From the sequence record SRR20825010_1331: DNA of 45,701 nt. One strand, given 5' to 3'. Under the pieces are notes generated by a model. The model saw only the letters and a list, made by a program, of their open reading frames with translations. It was not told the origin of the DNA and did no database searches. This document shows, in pieces, positions 10,243 to 20,449 of this stretch. The position numbers were made by a program, and so were the translations under genes. How positions within the stretch are numbered: the first letter of the stretch is position 1; each line of letters begins with the position of its first letter.

Positions 10243-10644
10243 ATGTTTGAACAAACCGTTACCCCCCGCTTTTATGAAACCGATGCGTTTGGCCATGTGA
10301 ACAATACGGTTGTTACCGGCTGGTTCGAAACGGGCCGCGCACCGTTGTTCGTGCTTTTTGGCAGAGGGGGCAATCCCGCATCCCTGCCGTTGATCCTCGC
10401 CCGAGTCGAGGTCGATTTTGTTGCCCAGATATACTACGGCAGCGACGTGACCCTGCGCACCGGCATTGAGCGCATTGGCAACAGCTCTTTTGTGGTTACC
10501 CAGCAGGCCTGGCAGAACGGTGCCCTGGTCGCCCGGGGCCGGGCGGTGCAGGTTTACTTCAATCATGAAAAACAGGCGTCGGCACCGATCCCTGATGACT
10601 TCCGTGAGGAGCTGGCTCGCCATGAAGGGGCGTTGCCGGAGTAA
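10243..10644 (+). CDS. Acyl-CoA thioesterase (4HBT hot-dog fold)
   Basis: PRFYETDAFGHVNN and IERIGNSSF motifs. Confidence 0.9.
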   Translation: MFEQTVTPRFYETDAFGHVNNTVVTGWFETGRAPLFVLFGRGGNPASLPLILARVEVDFVAQIYYGSDVTLRTGIERIGNSSFVVTQQAWQNGALVARGRAVQVYFNHEKQASAPIPDDFREELARHEGALPE

Positions 10645-10820
10645 ACCTTTTCCTATAACAGTTATAGCGCCGAGGGCATGGCGTCCTGACGCAATGCCGC
10701 TACACTAGGAATCTCTGAAAAGCGCCTTACCTGCTCGGCTTTTCAGAGGTTCCCTGGCAGGCATGGTGCTTCCCGGGGCGACGCTCCTTTTACCAGAACG
10801 GCAACCGCGCGAGACTTTTG

Positions 10821-11903
10821 ATGGCCTATCAGGGACAAGAAAACTTTGATCATCGCCAGCCCCGCAAAATCGGTGTATTGATCACCAATCTGGGCACCCC
10901 GGATGCGCCGGAAACCGGGGCCTTGCGCCGCTACCTTCGCGAATTCCTGTCCGATACTCGAGTGGTGGAAATTCCCCGCTTCGTCTGGTTCTTCATCCTC
11001 AACCTGGTCATTCTGGTGATTCGCCCGCGCCGTTCTGCCGAGGCCTATCAAGGGGTGTGGACAGAAAGAGGCTCACCGCTTCTGGTGCACAGTCAGGACC
11101 AGGCGGATGGTATTCGGGATCGGCTGCAGCAGAAATACGGAGACGGCGTAGTGGTACGCCTTGCCATGCGCTATGGCAACCCGTCCATCGCCAGTCAGTT
11201 GCAGGCAATGGAAGATGATGGCGTACGTCAGCTGCTGGTGCTGCCTCTGTATCCGCAGTACTCGGCCTCCACCAACGCGTCCACCTTCGATGCGCTGGCA
11301 CGGGATTTCATGCAGCGACGTTGGCTGCCGGACTTGCGGTTCGTCAGCCACTACCCGGACTTTGCGCCGTACATTCAGGCCATGGCAGAACATATTCGTG
11401 CCTACCGGGAAGCACATGGCAGCGCAGACAAGCTTATCTTTAGCTACCACGGTGTGCCCAAGCGCTTTCTGCTCAAGGGCGATCCGTACTTTTGCGAGTG
11501 CCACAAGACCTCCCGGTTACTGGCTGAAGCACTGGGGCTTGCGGATGATCAATGGATGACGACGTTCCAGTCTCGCTTCGGGCGGGAAGAATGGCTGCAG
11601 CCCTACACGGATGCCACCTTGAAAGCCCTGCCCGGGCAGGGAGTGAAATCGGTACAGGTCTTCTGTCCCGGCTTCTCCGCAGACTGCCTGGAGACGGTAG
11701 AGGAAATCGATGAGGAGAACCGGGGCTACTTTGAGCAGGCCGGTGGTGAATCTTTTGCCTATATCTCTGCCATGAATGCAGAGCCTGTCCATCTGGATGC
11801 CCTGACACAACTGATTGAAGATAATCTGCAGGGCTGGCAGCCAGAGGGCAATCAGCCAGCAACCCTGACCGATCGTGCCGCGCGCGCAGAAGCACTGAAA
11901 TAG
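10821..11903 (+). CDS. hemH: Ferrochelatase
   Basis: NLGTPDAP, FLSDTRVVE, AMRYGNPSI, LPLYPQYSAST, FSYHGVP, FQSRFG.EWLQPYT, PGFSADCLETVEEI. Confidence 0.97.
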   Translation: MAYQGQENFDHRQPRKIGVLITNLGTPDAPETGALRRYLREFLSDTRVVEIPRFVWFFILNLVILVIRPRRSAEAYQGVWTERGSPLLVHSQDQADGIRDRLQQKYGDGVVVRLAMRYGNPSIASQLQAMEDDGVRQLLVLPLYPQYSASTNASTFDALARDFMQRRWLPDLRFVSHYPDFAPYIQAMAEHIRAYREAHGSADKLIFSYHGVPKRFLLKGDPYFCECHKTSRLLAEALGLADDQWMTTFQSRFGREEWLQPYTDATLKALPGQGVKSVQVFCPGFSADCLETVEEIDEENRGYFEQAGGESFAYISAMNAEPVHLDALTQLIEDNLQGWQPEGNQPATLTDRAARAEALK

Positions 11904-11962
11904 CAAGCGGTAACCTGCCTCTCCCTCCTCCCTTTGTTCGCATCTCAGAATTAGCGCTCCTG

Positions 11963-11982
11963 CATCCCTCATTTGGGGGATG
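11963..11982. promoter_or_regulatory. 20-bp palindromic box, copy 1
   Basis: CATCCCTCATTTGGGGGATG; near-identical copies at 15344 and 29101. Confidence 0.7.
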
Positions 11983-12245
11983 CGCTGAGGTGGCTGAATA
12001 TCTGACTATTTAACTGGCGTCTTGCCAAAGCCGGCATGAGCTGCGGGAATCCGGAAGTAAGGCGAGCTTGCGGAAAATATGTGTATGCGTATTGGGGGGT
12101 AGATGGGGGTGTGGCGTGTTATCGATCATCTGATCGGTAGCAAGCTGAAGGTGCTCTCCTTGATGCTGTCGCTGAGATGCGTGGGGAAGATGGTTGGCGC
12201 GTAAATATCATTCGCTGGCGTTACAGGGGGGTAATGGTGGGCAAC

Positions 12246-13343
12246 ATGAGAGTGTGTTCGTTTTTTCTGGGTCTGTGGGCTTTCGCTTTGTCAGGCTGCG
12301 GAACAATTAATGAAAACCGTGAAAGCTACATGAAGGATTCCGTTTATGAGAAAGAGCGGTATCTTGGTGATGCGGTTTCTGATCCGAAATTTTTACGCTA
12401 TGAGCTACGTGGGAATTACGTCGTTTCCGAAGGGGATCTGGATATCTATGTTGACCCTGTTGAAGTGTATGCCCAGGAGAAAGAACAGTTTGTTGTTCGA
12501 AAGCAGGTGTCTTACAAAAGGTATGGTCCGTATCGCTATAGCCCTGCAAGATGCCTTTTTGGAACGTTGACTGTTTTTCCGGCCCTTTTCGCAACCTTTG
12601 ATGATGGATTGAAAAAAGACTTCAAAAAAACCTGTTACAAGGTTTATGAATGGGAGAGAGAGGAAAAGGATTTACCGGCTGAGCTTGCAGGGACCAAGAC
12701 CGTGGAGTTGGTAAAAAGGAATTATACCGACTCGCAGGGCGCTCTCTATTTTCAGCTCTTTGCCGATGGCAGGTCGGTTGATCGCCGGCGCCTGACTGGT
12801 TTTAAGGGCGGGAATAGAAATGGGGCATATGTCTGGAAGGTCAATAACTGGTTTGATTTTTCCCGGTTGGGCGTTGATTCCACGTTAAAAGTTGAATTGA
12901 AGAATAATCGAAAGTCGAAATTGCTGCGTAAATCTATGACCCTTACCAGCGAAGAGGCAGAGGCGCTGGTATTTAAAGGCCAATATGATGGAGTGGTTCA
13001 GTATTACTATGTGTGTACAAAATGTAATGCTGATCTGAAAAAGAATTATTATTCAGACACCCAGCGTATCGTCTGGTATTCAGGGAAGTATAAATACAAG
13101 GCCGATAGTGGAATGGCGATTCATCATGTGGCCAAGTGCCTGGATGAGCGGTTTGATACGACAGGCAGTAACGGCCACGTCAAAACCAGGTATTCATCCA
13201 CCCCGGCTGAGTCAAAAAATTGGCACTTGCTTTATCAGGCGTATGGCCGCGTGCGACCGACAAAGAGGATTCGGGATCCTAATCTGAGTGACTTGCGTGC
13301 CTGCGCTCGGTCGAAAGGAGTGAACGTTACATTCGACGATTAG
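12246..13343 (+). CDS. Hypothetical lipoprotein
   Basis: MRVCSFFLGLWAFALSGC lipobox; long open frame with AT-richer codon usage; no family recognised. Confidence 0.7.
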   Translation: MRVCSFFLGLWAFALSGCGTINENRESYMKDSVYEKERYLGDAVSDPKFLRYELRGNYVVSEGDLDIYVDPVEVYAQEKEQFVVRKQVSYKRYGPYRYSPARCLFGTLTVFPALFATFDDGLKKDFKKTCYKVYEWEREEKDLPAELAGTKTVELVKRNYTDSQGALYFQLFADGRSVDRRRLTGFKGGNRNGAYVWKVNNWFDFSRLGVDSTLKVELKNNRKSKLLRKSMTLTSEEAEALVFKGQYDGVVQYYYVCTKCNADLKKNYYSDTQRIVWYSGKYKYKADSGMAIHHVAKCLDERFDTTGSNGHVKTRYSSTPAESKNWHLLYQAYGRVRPTKRIRDPNLSDLRACARSKGVNVTFDD

Positions 13344-13494
13344 CTTCCTGATATGCAATTTATGGTTTTGGGTGTGGCAACGTTTTCTTTTAGAGCCATC
13401 CGGATTGTCACGAGCGCCATCAAAAAATCGGTTGGCGCCTCAGTCGGGTGTCGCAATGGCGCCTTTGCCCTGCGCAATGTCCGTGTGCGGGGTG

Positions 13495-13514
13495 AATACC
13501 TAAGTTGGGGTATG
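13495..13514. promoter_or_regulatory. 20-bp palindromic box, variant copy 2
   Basis: AATACCTAAGTTGGGGTATG, 15/20 identical to copy 1 with a compensatory change at positions 4/17; TGcTATGTT (-10-like, 13536-13541) follows after 21 bp. Confidence 0.55.
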
Positions 13515-13598
13515 CAATAGACCTTCGCGTTTTGCTATGTTTGTGGTAGAGGCTTCGTACCTTTGGTGCGGGGCAGCTCTTGTCTGCTGCCGGGGGAA

Positions 13599-15209
13599 AT
13601 GATGTCCAAATCCATTGCCGTAATCCTGATGCTAATCGTGCCGCTGCTATTGGGTGGTTGTGCGTTGTCATATCACGGGAATCTTGTTTCTAAACTGCAA
13701 GCTCAGGGCCCCAATCCCTATATTAATGAGCCGGAACTAAAAGACCTTTATGGAAAAATCCGGGTTATTGCCATGGCAGAAAGGTCTTGGGGCGACCCTT
13801 ATGCCTTCGATTCGCGTAACGACGCCATCATCAGTAATTTTCAGGATCGTTTCAGCAAGCCAGCAATGATGGAGGCGATCAGCCTTGCTCGTGAAGGCTA
13901 TGATGCGGTTGTGGCAGCGCGTTACCCCCATATCGGTTATGAGACGGAATGTGCCTTGGTGGATGCCGGCGCTTATGTTGTGAATACAGAGGTGGCAGCG
14001 GATCAGTTCGATTGGAATTTTATTAAAGGGGAGTGTGTTGGCGGGCTTGCACATGGGGTTGGGAAAGCGGTTGATGAAAAAAATAACGCGCAGTTTGTGG
14101 GTCGATTTGATCAAGGGGTAATGGTCGAGGGTGTGTTTGGCATGCCTTTGGAAAATGGCAGTCAGGTTATCCAGCTTGGAGATGTTCCCGGCAAGGCCGG
14201 TATTGCCCGCCTGTTAAGCACAGAAACCCGTGAAGATGGTTTTCAGTGGCATCGATACGGTGATTTTAATGGCCGGGCGGAAATGCACGGGTTTGGTGTT
14301 GTTATTTGGGGCTACACTAACGCCATGATCGTCAAGTCAATGGGTGAGTTCAAACACTCGAAGCTGAACGGGTTTGCAGCCAAACAGGTATCCGGTACTA
14401 CAGAGGCAGGAGCGGTCTGGTATGTGCGGATTGGCCAGCATGTTGAGGATGAGTTGAATGGAGCAGGAGCGTGGACGAATGGCGTGACAAGCTTGAGCGT
14501 GGGCTACTGGGAAGAGGGAAAATTAAACGGTAAGGGATACGGTGATTACGCGAACGTTGCCGAGAACAGTGAAAGCTACGCTGGAACATACTTGGCCGGC
14601 AAACGTCAGGGCCCATTTACGGTGCGCAGACGGGCCCAGTTGGGTGGTAGAACAGGGGAGTTCACGGAAATATACGACAACGGAAAGTTGATCGACGACG
14701 GCATTGAGAAAAAAGAAAACAGCGGTGATGGATTCGGAAAGTTTGTTGCACTCGCTGGGGGCGCAGCAGTGATTGGTTCATCGGGCATTTCAGATACCGC
14801 CAAAATGGATATTGGAAGTGCCTTTGCTGCCGATGTGATGGCGGGTGGCGATGGCAAGAACATGGATGCAATGAATCGACAGGTTGCCCAGGGGGGCGGG
14901 GCGGCTGGCTCGTCGATTGGTGATGATGATAAAGGGGTATTTGAATTCAGTTGCTACGACCCGGGTAACTTTATCTGCGTTGACTACACCCTTTTCAGCC
15001 GCGCCAAGAGCGAGCAGTTCAAGGCCCAGTGCTCCCAAGGCCGAAATAAATTGGTTTCTAGCTGCGACAGCGCGACCCGTCAGGCAATTTGCAGTCACCA
15101 GAGCCCGGCAGGGGATACGGAGACACGTGATTACCTTTATGGCTCCGAGCCAGAGCAGGTGAAGCAGGCCTGTTTGTCCACGGGTGGCCAGTTCAAAATG
15201 GTTGAGTAA
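13599..15209 (+). CDS. Hypothetical lipoprotein with MORN-like repeats and Cys-rich C-terminal domain
   Basis: Lipobox LLGGC; repeats GECVGGLAHGVG, GEFKHSKLNG, GYWEEGKLNGKG, YAGTYLAGKRQG; six Cys in the last ~90 aa. Confidence 0.75.
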   Translation: MMSKSIAVILMLIVPLLLGGCALSYHGNLVSKLQAQGPNPYINEPELKDLYGKIRVIAMAERSWGDPYAFDSRNDAIISNFQDRFSKPAMMEAISLAREGYDAVVAARYPHIGYETECALVDAGAYVVNTEVAADQFDWNFIKGECVGGLAHGVGKAVDEKNNAQFVGRFDQGVMVEGVFGMPLENGSQVIQLGDVPGKAGIARLLSTETREDGFQWHRYGDFNGRAEMHGFGVVIWGYTNAMIVKSMGEFKHSKLNGFAAKQVSGTTEAGAVWYVRIGQHVEDELNGAGAWTNGVTSLSVGYWEEGKLNGKGYGDYANVAENSESYAGTYLAGKRQGPFTVRRRAQLGGRTGEFTEIYDNGKLIDDGIEKKENSGDGFGKFVALAGGAAVIGSSGISDTAKMDIGSAFAADVMAGGDGKNMDAMNRQVAQGGGAAGSSIGDDDKGVFEFSCYDPGNFICVDYTLFSRAKSEQFKAQCSQGRNKLVSSCDSATRQAICSHQSPAGDTETRDYLYGSEPEQVKQACLSTGGQFKMVE

Positions 15210-15343
15210 CTGGGGTTAGGCAAGAAAATTATATGTGTGTAGAGGCGCTGATGTAGTCCCTGTTTCCTGGGTGTCTTTTTTCTCTCTGTTGTTGTGAGGC
15301 TTCTAGGTTGAGCCCGTTTTGTATCCCGGTGTTTTGATGGCTG

Positions 15344-15363
15344 CATCCCTTATTTGGGGGATG
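15344..15363. promoter_or_regulatory. 20-bp palindromic box, copy 3
   Basis: CATCCCTTATTTGGGGGATG; TAGAAT at 15384-15389 after a 20-bp gap. Confidence 0.7.
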
Positions 15364-15464
15364 TGACAGAAAGGGCGAGCATTTAGAATTCAGGTTTTAA
15401 TCATGATGGAAGGTGGTCTAAGCATCCACTTATGGGATTGAAATCCGCCCTTTAAGGTAAAAAA

Positions 15465-15863
15465 ATGAAGAAATATTTTCTAATTTCCGGTTTGCTTGGT
15501 GTGTCAGTTTTGGCAAATGCCGAAACGTACAATCTGCATTGCGAGGCCGTCGGCTACGCATATAGCTATGAAAATAAAAAATTTTTTGAGTCGAGAAAAG
15601 TAAGCTTCAATTATAAGGCAACAAGAGATTGTGTGCTTGATGGTGGGCGATCTCATATTAAAAATGAATGGCAATCTTATTTTAGTAGCGAAGAGTCTGA
15701 TTACTTTAAGTACACCATTGGCGTGAATTCGGATTGCGAATGTCATGATGATCCTGTCTCAGGTGTTTTACGCAAACATCAGGACTTCAAGCGTGATTTC
15801 GTGAGGAAGGATTTTTCAGTCTGGCAGATGCGTGGGTTCCGTCCGGAGGACAGAACATTCTGA
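15465..15863 (+). CDS. Hypothetical small secreted protein
   Basis: Sec signal MKKYFLISGLLGVSVLANA-E; 4 Cys; TAAGGT RBS; AT-rich. Confidence 0.7.
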   Translation: MKKYFLISGLLGVSVLANAETYNLHCEAVGYAYSYENKKFFESRKVSFNYKATRDCVLDGGRSHIKNEWQSYFSSEESDYFKYTIGVNSDCECHDDPVSGVLRKHQDFKRDFVRKDFSVWQMRGFRPEDRTF

Positions 15864-16091
15864 TCATTGAGCTTAAAGGGGGTTAAGCCTTGGCAGATCA
15901 AAATGCGGGAGGTTGCGATACGCTGGGCAGGCCTGTCAGGCGTATAGGTATGATTTGGCCAAATAGGCGCTGATAGCATAGCTGGAAGACTTTCAGGGCT
16001 GAGCGCGCTCGAAAGCGTGCTGGTGACGTTTGAGCGATAACCCGGTTGCCGCCGATCCCGGCAACCGAGCGAGTACTCTGTTTGATAACCG

Positions 16092-17108
16092 CTATTGGTT
16101 AGTGAGGTGGCGAATCAGCTCATCAGTAAACTCTGTGGTGCTGGCGCGTCCGCCCAGATCCGGGGTGACGATTTCCCCCTGGCCGACCACGTGGCGCACG
16201 GTGCGGCGCAGTCTTTTTGCCTTGTCGTGTTGTTCCATGTAATCGAGCATCATGGCGCCAGCGAGCATGATGGCGGTGGGGTTGGCCACGCCCTTGCCGG
16301 CGATGTCCGGTGCGCTGCCGTGGACGGCTTCGAACAGCCCGCCGTGTTCACCAATGTTGGCCCCGGGCGCCACGCCCAGCCCGCCGATGAGGCCGGCACA
16401 CAGGTCGGAAAGGATGTCGCCGAACAGGTTGGTGGTAACCAGTACATCGAAACGGTGGGGGTTCATGGCCAGCTGCATGGCGCAGGCGTCCACGATCATT
16501 TCCTCATGCTCCAGATTCGGGTAGTCCTCGCGCACCTTTCGAGCCACATCCAGAAACAGCCCGGACGTGGACTTCATGATGTTGGCCTTGTGCACCACGG
16601 TGACTTTCTGGCGCCCCTGTTTGGTGGCGGTGTCGTAGGCGAAGCGCAGCAGGCGCTCGGACTCGGTGCGAGTGATGCGGCTGCGTAGTTCGGCGGTTTC
16701 GCCGTCGTCGCTGACGGTTTGCCCCAGCCCGGAATAGATGCCCTCGATATTTTCCCGAATGGTCATGATGTCCACATTGTCGTAGCGGGACTTCACTCCG
16801 GGAATGGACAGGGCCGGGCGCACGTTGGCGAACAGGTCGAAGGTTTTGCGCAGGGTGACGTTCACGGATGTGAAGCCGCCGCCCACCGGGGTGGTGATAG
16901 GGCCTTTCAGGGCCAACCGGTTGCGTTTGAGCACGGCGAGGGTCTCTTCCGGCACCAGCTCCAGGCCCTGATCCAGAGCGGTCTGCCCTGCGATGGCATA
17001 CTCAAACTTGAGACCGCAATCCAGTGCGTCCAGTACCCGTACCGTGGAATCGACGATATCCGGTCCGATTCCGTCACCGGGGATAACGGTTACGGTGTTC
17101 TCGTTCAT
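16092..17108 (-). CDS. icd: Isocitrate dehydrogenase (short, probably NAD-dependent type)
   Basis: IPGDGIGP, LKGPITTPVGGGFTSVNVTLRK, HKANIMK, NLFGDILSDL, EAVHGSAPDIAG (Asp-Ile is typical of NAD preference). Confidence 0.9.
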   Translation of the reverse strand: MNENTVTVIPGDGIGPDIVDSTVRVLDALDCGLKFEYAIAGQTALDQGLELVPEETLAVLKRNRLALKGPITTPVGGGFTSVNVTLRKTFDLFANVRPALSIPGVKSRYDNVDIMTIRENIEGIYSGLGQTVSDDGETAELRSRITRTESERLLRFAYDTATKQGRQKVTVVHKANIMKSTSGLFLDVARKVREDYPNLEHEEMIVDACAMQLAMNPHRFDVLVTTNLFGDILSDLCAGLIGGLGVAPGANIGEHGGLFEAVHGSAPDIAGKGVANPTAIMLAGAMMLDYMEQHDKAKRLRRTVRHVVGQGEIVTPDLGGRASTTEFTDELIRHLTNQ

Positions 17109-17304
17109 ACTGCCTCCTGATTGCGGTTGATAAGGGTTGAGCGTGATGTATCCGGGGCTCAGATGCCGTGTCCAGTAGAGAAATGGGGCCCCTATTCTGC
17201 CACGTCACGGCCTGCAAAATGAATGCCGACAAAAGTCGCAGGTCAGGATGACAGAGTGTTGTTACGGCAGATCGTTCACTGAAATGGCATGAAAATTCGC
17301 AGAG

Positions 17305-17775
17305 TCAGGGCGTTTGTTCATCCTCAAGAAGCTGAGCCCCGGTGCCTTGTTCGGAGAGTGAGTCATAGGGATTTCGCAGTCGACAGGCCTTGATCGACAA
17401 ACACCCACAACCGATACAGTCGCTCAGTTGATCACGTAACTGGGTCAGGGCGTGAATGCGGGCATCCAGTTGCTCCTGCCAGCGTGCGGAGAGTCGTTTC
17501 CAGTCACGGGCGGTGGGCGTGCGGCCGTCGGGCAGGCTGGCCATGGCGTCGGCGATTTCGGCCAGGGGAATGCCAATACGCTGGGCGACCTTGATCACGG
17601 CGACACGACGCAGTACATCACGGTGGTAGCGGCGCTGGTTGCCACTGCTGCGCCAGCTCTGGATCAATCCCTTGGTTTCATAAAAGTGCAGGGCGGATAC
17701 CGCAACCCCGCTCCGGTCTGCCACTTCCCCCACGGTCAGGGCTTTGCCGATATCGTTTGCGTTGATGAGGGCCAT
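17305..17775 (-). CDS. soxR: Redox-sensitive transcriptional activator SoxR
   Basis: [27 protein letters not shown], [2Fe-2S] motif [16 protein letters not shown]. Confidence 0.97.
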   Translation of the reverse strand: MALINANDIGKALTVGEVADRSGVAVSALHFYETKGLIQSWRSSGNQRRYHRDVLRRVAVIKVAQRIGIPLAEIADAMASLPDGRTPTARDWKRLSARWQEQLDARIHALTQLRDQLSDCIGCGCLSIKACRLRNPYDSLSEQGTGAQLLEDEQTP

Positions 17776-17799
17776 AGCTGCTTCCTTTTTCTTTCTTTA

Positions 17800-17830
17800 T
17801 TGACCTCAATATTAGTTGAGGTTTTACGCT
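17800..17830 (+). promoter_or_regulatory. SoxR-dependent promoter (Sox box 1)
   Basis: -35 TTGACC, dyad CCTCAAtattagTTGAGG (17804-17821), -10 TACGCT with a 19-bp spacer. Confidence 0.92.
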
Positions 17831-17865
17831 GAGCCTTCATTGTCGTCAACTGTTCAGGAGGTAAT

Positions 17866-18456
17866 ATGGCTACGCGCGACCCGCTGACACTGGCTCTGGT
17901 GTACGGCAGTTCCCGTGAAGGGCGTTTGTGTGACCATTTGGTCAATTGGGCTGCAGAGCAGATTCGGGGTGTGCCCGGTTTTACGCCGCAGGTACTTGAT
18001 CCCCGCGATTTTGATGTGCCGGCGGATTTTCCGAATGCCGCATCCGCCAGTGTGCAGCAGCTGCAAAACAGGCTGACAAAGGCCGATGCCTTTTTAGTGG
18101 TTACGCCGGAGTACAACCACAGTTTCCCTGCCATCCTTAAACAGGTCATTGATATTTCCAGTGCGGCCTGGAAAGCAAAGCCGGTGGCGTTTATCAGTTA
18201 TGGCGGGGTGTCCGGTGGGTTACGAGCGGTGGAACAGTTACGGCTGGTCTATGCCGAGTTGCATGCGGTGACAGTGCGCAATGTGGTGAGCATCATCAAT
18301 GCCGGTGACAAATTTGATGCCCGTGGGCACTGGCAGTCAGTGGAGCAGAAGGCCCGTGCAGAGAAGCGGTTGGCGCAACAATTGGCGCTACTTCGGTGGT
18401 GGGCGCAGAGCCTGAAAGCGGCACGCCAGCGACCGGAATTTGCGGCGGTTTCGTGA
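17866..18456 (+). CDS. NADPH-dependent FMN reductase
   Basis: GSSREGR, VTPEYNHSFPAILK, SYGGVSGGLRAVEQLR. Confidence 0.92.
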   Translation: MATRDPLTLALVYGSSREGRLCDHLVNWAAEQIRGVPGFTPQVLDPRDFDVPADFPNAASASVQQLQNRLTKADAFLVVTPEYNHSFPAILKQVIDISSAAWKAKPVAFISYGGVSGGLRAVEQLRLVYAELHAVTVRNVVSIINAGDKFDARGHWQSVEQKARAEKRLAQQLALLRWWAQSLKAARQRPEFAAVS

Positions 18457-18589
18457 GCGTGTTGGTCGTTCTGCGTATCCGCGCCCATAGGCGGCGCCGG
18501 GTGTGCATAATGGTCAGCCTGTATAGGGTATGCTTGCCATCGGCGCGATGCAGTGAGAGTGGGAAGGCGTCCTTTGAAGGAGAGACAGT

Positions 18590-19579
18590 GTGGATGCAGT
18601 AATTTCAGTCAACAATCTCAACAAGGTTTATGAATCCGGGTTTCAGGCGCTTAAAGAGGTCAATCTGGAGATTCGGCCCGGGGAGATCTTTGCCCTGCTG
18701 GGCCCCAATGGCGCCGGCAAAACGACCCTGATCAGTATTATTTGCGGGATCGTGAATCCCTCGTCCGGCAAGGTCCTCGCCGATGACCATGACATCATTA
18801 CCGATTTTCGTGCCGCACGAAGCGCCATCGGACTGGTGCCCCAGGAGATTTCCACCGACGCGTTTGAAACTGTCTGGGCAACAGTGAGTTTCAGCCGGGG
18901 TCTGTTCGGCAAGCCGCGTAATGATGCCCATATTGAAAAAGTGCTCAAGGCGCTGTCGCTGTGGGACAAGAAAGACAGCAAGATCATGATGTTGTCCGGT
19001 GGCATGAAGCGACGGGTGATGATTGCCAAGGCGCTTTCCCATGAGCCAAAGATCCTGTTTCTGGACGAGCCTACGGCGGGTGTGGATGTAGAGCTGCGCC
19101 GGGAAATGTGGGAAATGGTCCGCCAGCTGCGCGAACAGGGCGTCACCATTATTCTGACGACCCACTATATTGAAGAGGCCGAGGAAATGGCTGACCGGGT
19201 GGGTATTATCCGTCAGGGCGAAATTATCCTGGTGGATGAAAAGTCCCGGCTGATGGAAAAGTTGGGGCGCAAGCAGTTGACTGTACACTTGGCAGAACCG
19301 CTTGATGCGATTCCCGCGGCCATGGCGGACGAAGCGCTGGCGCTGGCCGATGAGGGCTACTCGATGGTTTATACCTACGATGCCAACCAGGAAAACACGG
19401 GCATTGCCGAATTGCTGCGTCACCTGAGCGAGCAGGGTATTGAATTCAAGGACCTGCATTCACGGCAAAGTTCGCTGGAAGATATTTTCGTGGACTTGGT
19501 GCATAACGGTAACCCGGACGACAGTACGGCCGGGCGGGTAACCAGTGAAGATGCACCTAACGCACAGGGAGACGCTTGA
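18590..19579 (+). CDS. ABC transporter ATP-binding protein (YadG-like)
   Basis: [37 protein letters not shown]. Confidence 0.92.
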   Translation: MDAVISVNNLNKVYESGFQALKEVNLEIRPGEIFALLGPNGAGKTTLISIICGIVNPSSGKVLADDHDIITDFRAARSAIGLVPQEISTDAFETVWATVSFSRGLFGKPRNDAHIEKVLKALSLWDKKDSKIMMLSGGMKRRVMIAKALSHEPKILFLDEPTAGVDVELRREMWEMVRQLREQGVTIILTTHYIEEAEEMADRVGIIRQGEIILVDEKSRLMEKLGRKQLTVHLAEPLDAIPAAMADEALALADEGYSMVYTYDANQENTGIAELLRHLSEQGIEFKDLHSRQSSLEDIFVDLVHNGNPDDSTAGRVTSEDAPNAQGDA

Positions 19580-20340
19580 TGAATATTCATTCCATTCGCG
19601 CTATCTACAAGTTCGAGATGGCGCGCACCTGGCGCACCCTGATGCAAAGCGTGGCTTCCCCGGTGATTTCCACCTCGCTGTATTTTGTGGTGTTCGGTTC
19701 TGCGATCGGCTCACGGATGGTCGAGATTGACGGCGTCAGTTACGGGGCGTTCATTATTCCCGGCTTGATCATGCTGTCGTTGATGACACAAAGCATCTCC
19801 AACGCGTCTTTCGGGATATACATGCCCACTTTCTCCGGCACCATCTACGAGGTGCTGTCGGCACCGGTGTCCTATGTGGAGATCGTAATTGGTTATGTGG
19901 GGGCGGCGGCAACCAAGTCCACGATTCTGGGCATCCTGATTCTGCTGACGGCACGATTGTTTGTGGATTATGAGGTGCAGCATCCTTTCCTGATGATTGG
20001 CTTTCTGCTGCTGACCGCAATCACCTTCAGCCTGTTTGGTTTTATCATCGGGGTATGGGCAGATACCTTCGAGAAGCTACAGATCATTCCCCTGATGATC
20101 ATTACGCCGCTGACCTTTCTGGGAGGCAGTTTCTACTCCATCGACATGCTGCCGCCGGTTTGGCAGACGGTGACCCTGTTCAATCCAGTGGTTTATCTTA
20201 TCAGCGGGTTTCGCTACAGCTTCTTTGGTGTAGCGGATGTGCACATCGGGATCAGTCTGGGCATGACGATATTGTTTCTGACGCTGTGCATGGGGCTGGT
20301 GTGGTGGATATTCAAAACCGGATATAAATTGAAAAGCTAA
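19579..20340 (+). CDS. ABC-2 type permease (YadH-like)
   Basis: Six hydrophobic segments, [27 protein letters not shown] coupling to the ATPase gene. Confidence 0.92.
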   Translation: MNIHSIRAIYKFEMARTWRTLMQSVASPVISTSLYFVVFGSAIGSRMVEIDGVSYGAFIIPGLIMLSLMTQSISNASFGIYMPTFSGTIYEVLSAPVSYVEIVIGYVGAAATKSTILGILILLTARLFVDYEVQHPFLMIGFLLLTAITFSLFGFIIGVWADTFEKLQIIPLMIITPLTFLGGSFYSIDMLPPVWQTVTLFNPVVYLISGFRYSFFGVADVHIGISLGMTILFLTLCMGLVWWIFKTGYKLKS

Positions 20341-20369
20341 AAAAAGGGCGCATAAAGCGCCCTTTTTTT
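20339..20369. terminator. Bidirectional intrinsic terminator
   Basis: A7-GGGCGC-ATAAA-GCGCCC-T7 between convergent genes. Confidence 0.9.
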
Positions 20370-20449
20370 GGTTTATCGCGAATCCCCCGGCGCTTTGCCA
20401 AATGTTCGATACCAGATGTCTGACGTGCCAGGTTTTCAGGGCTGCCTAA

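Noticed and set aside
11963-15363. Palindrome copies as CRISPR repeats or integron attC sites
   Set aside because: Spacing is gene-sized and irregular, no cas or intI gene is present, and no RYYYAAC/GTTRRRY ends were seen.
16042-16068. CGGTTGCCG/CGGCAACCG hairpin
   Set aside because: It is most simply the icd 3' terminator-like stem, with a weak U-tract and no evidence of anything more.
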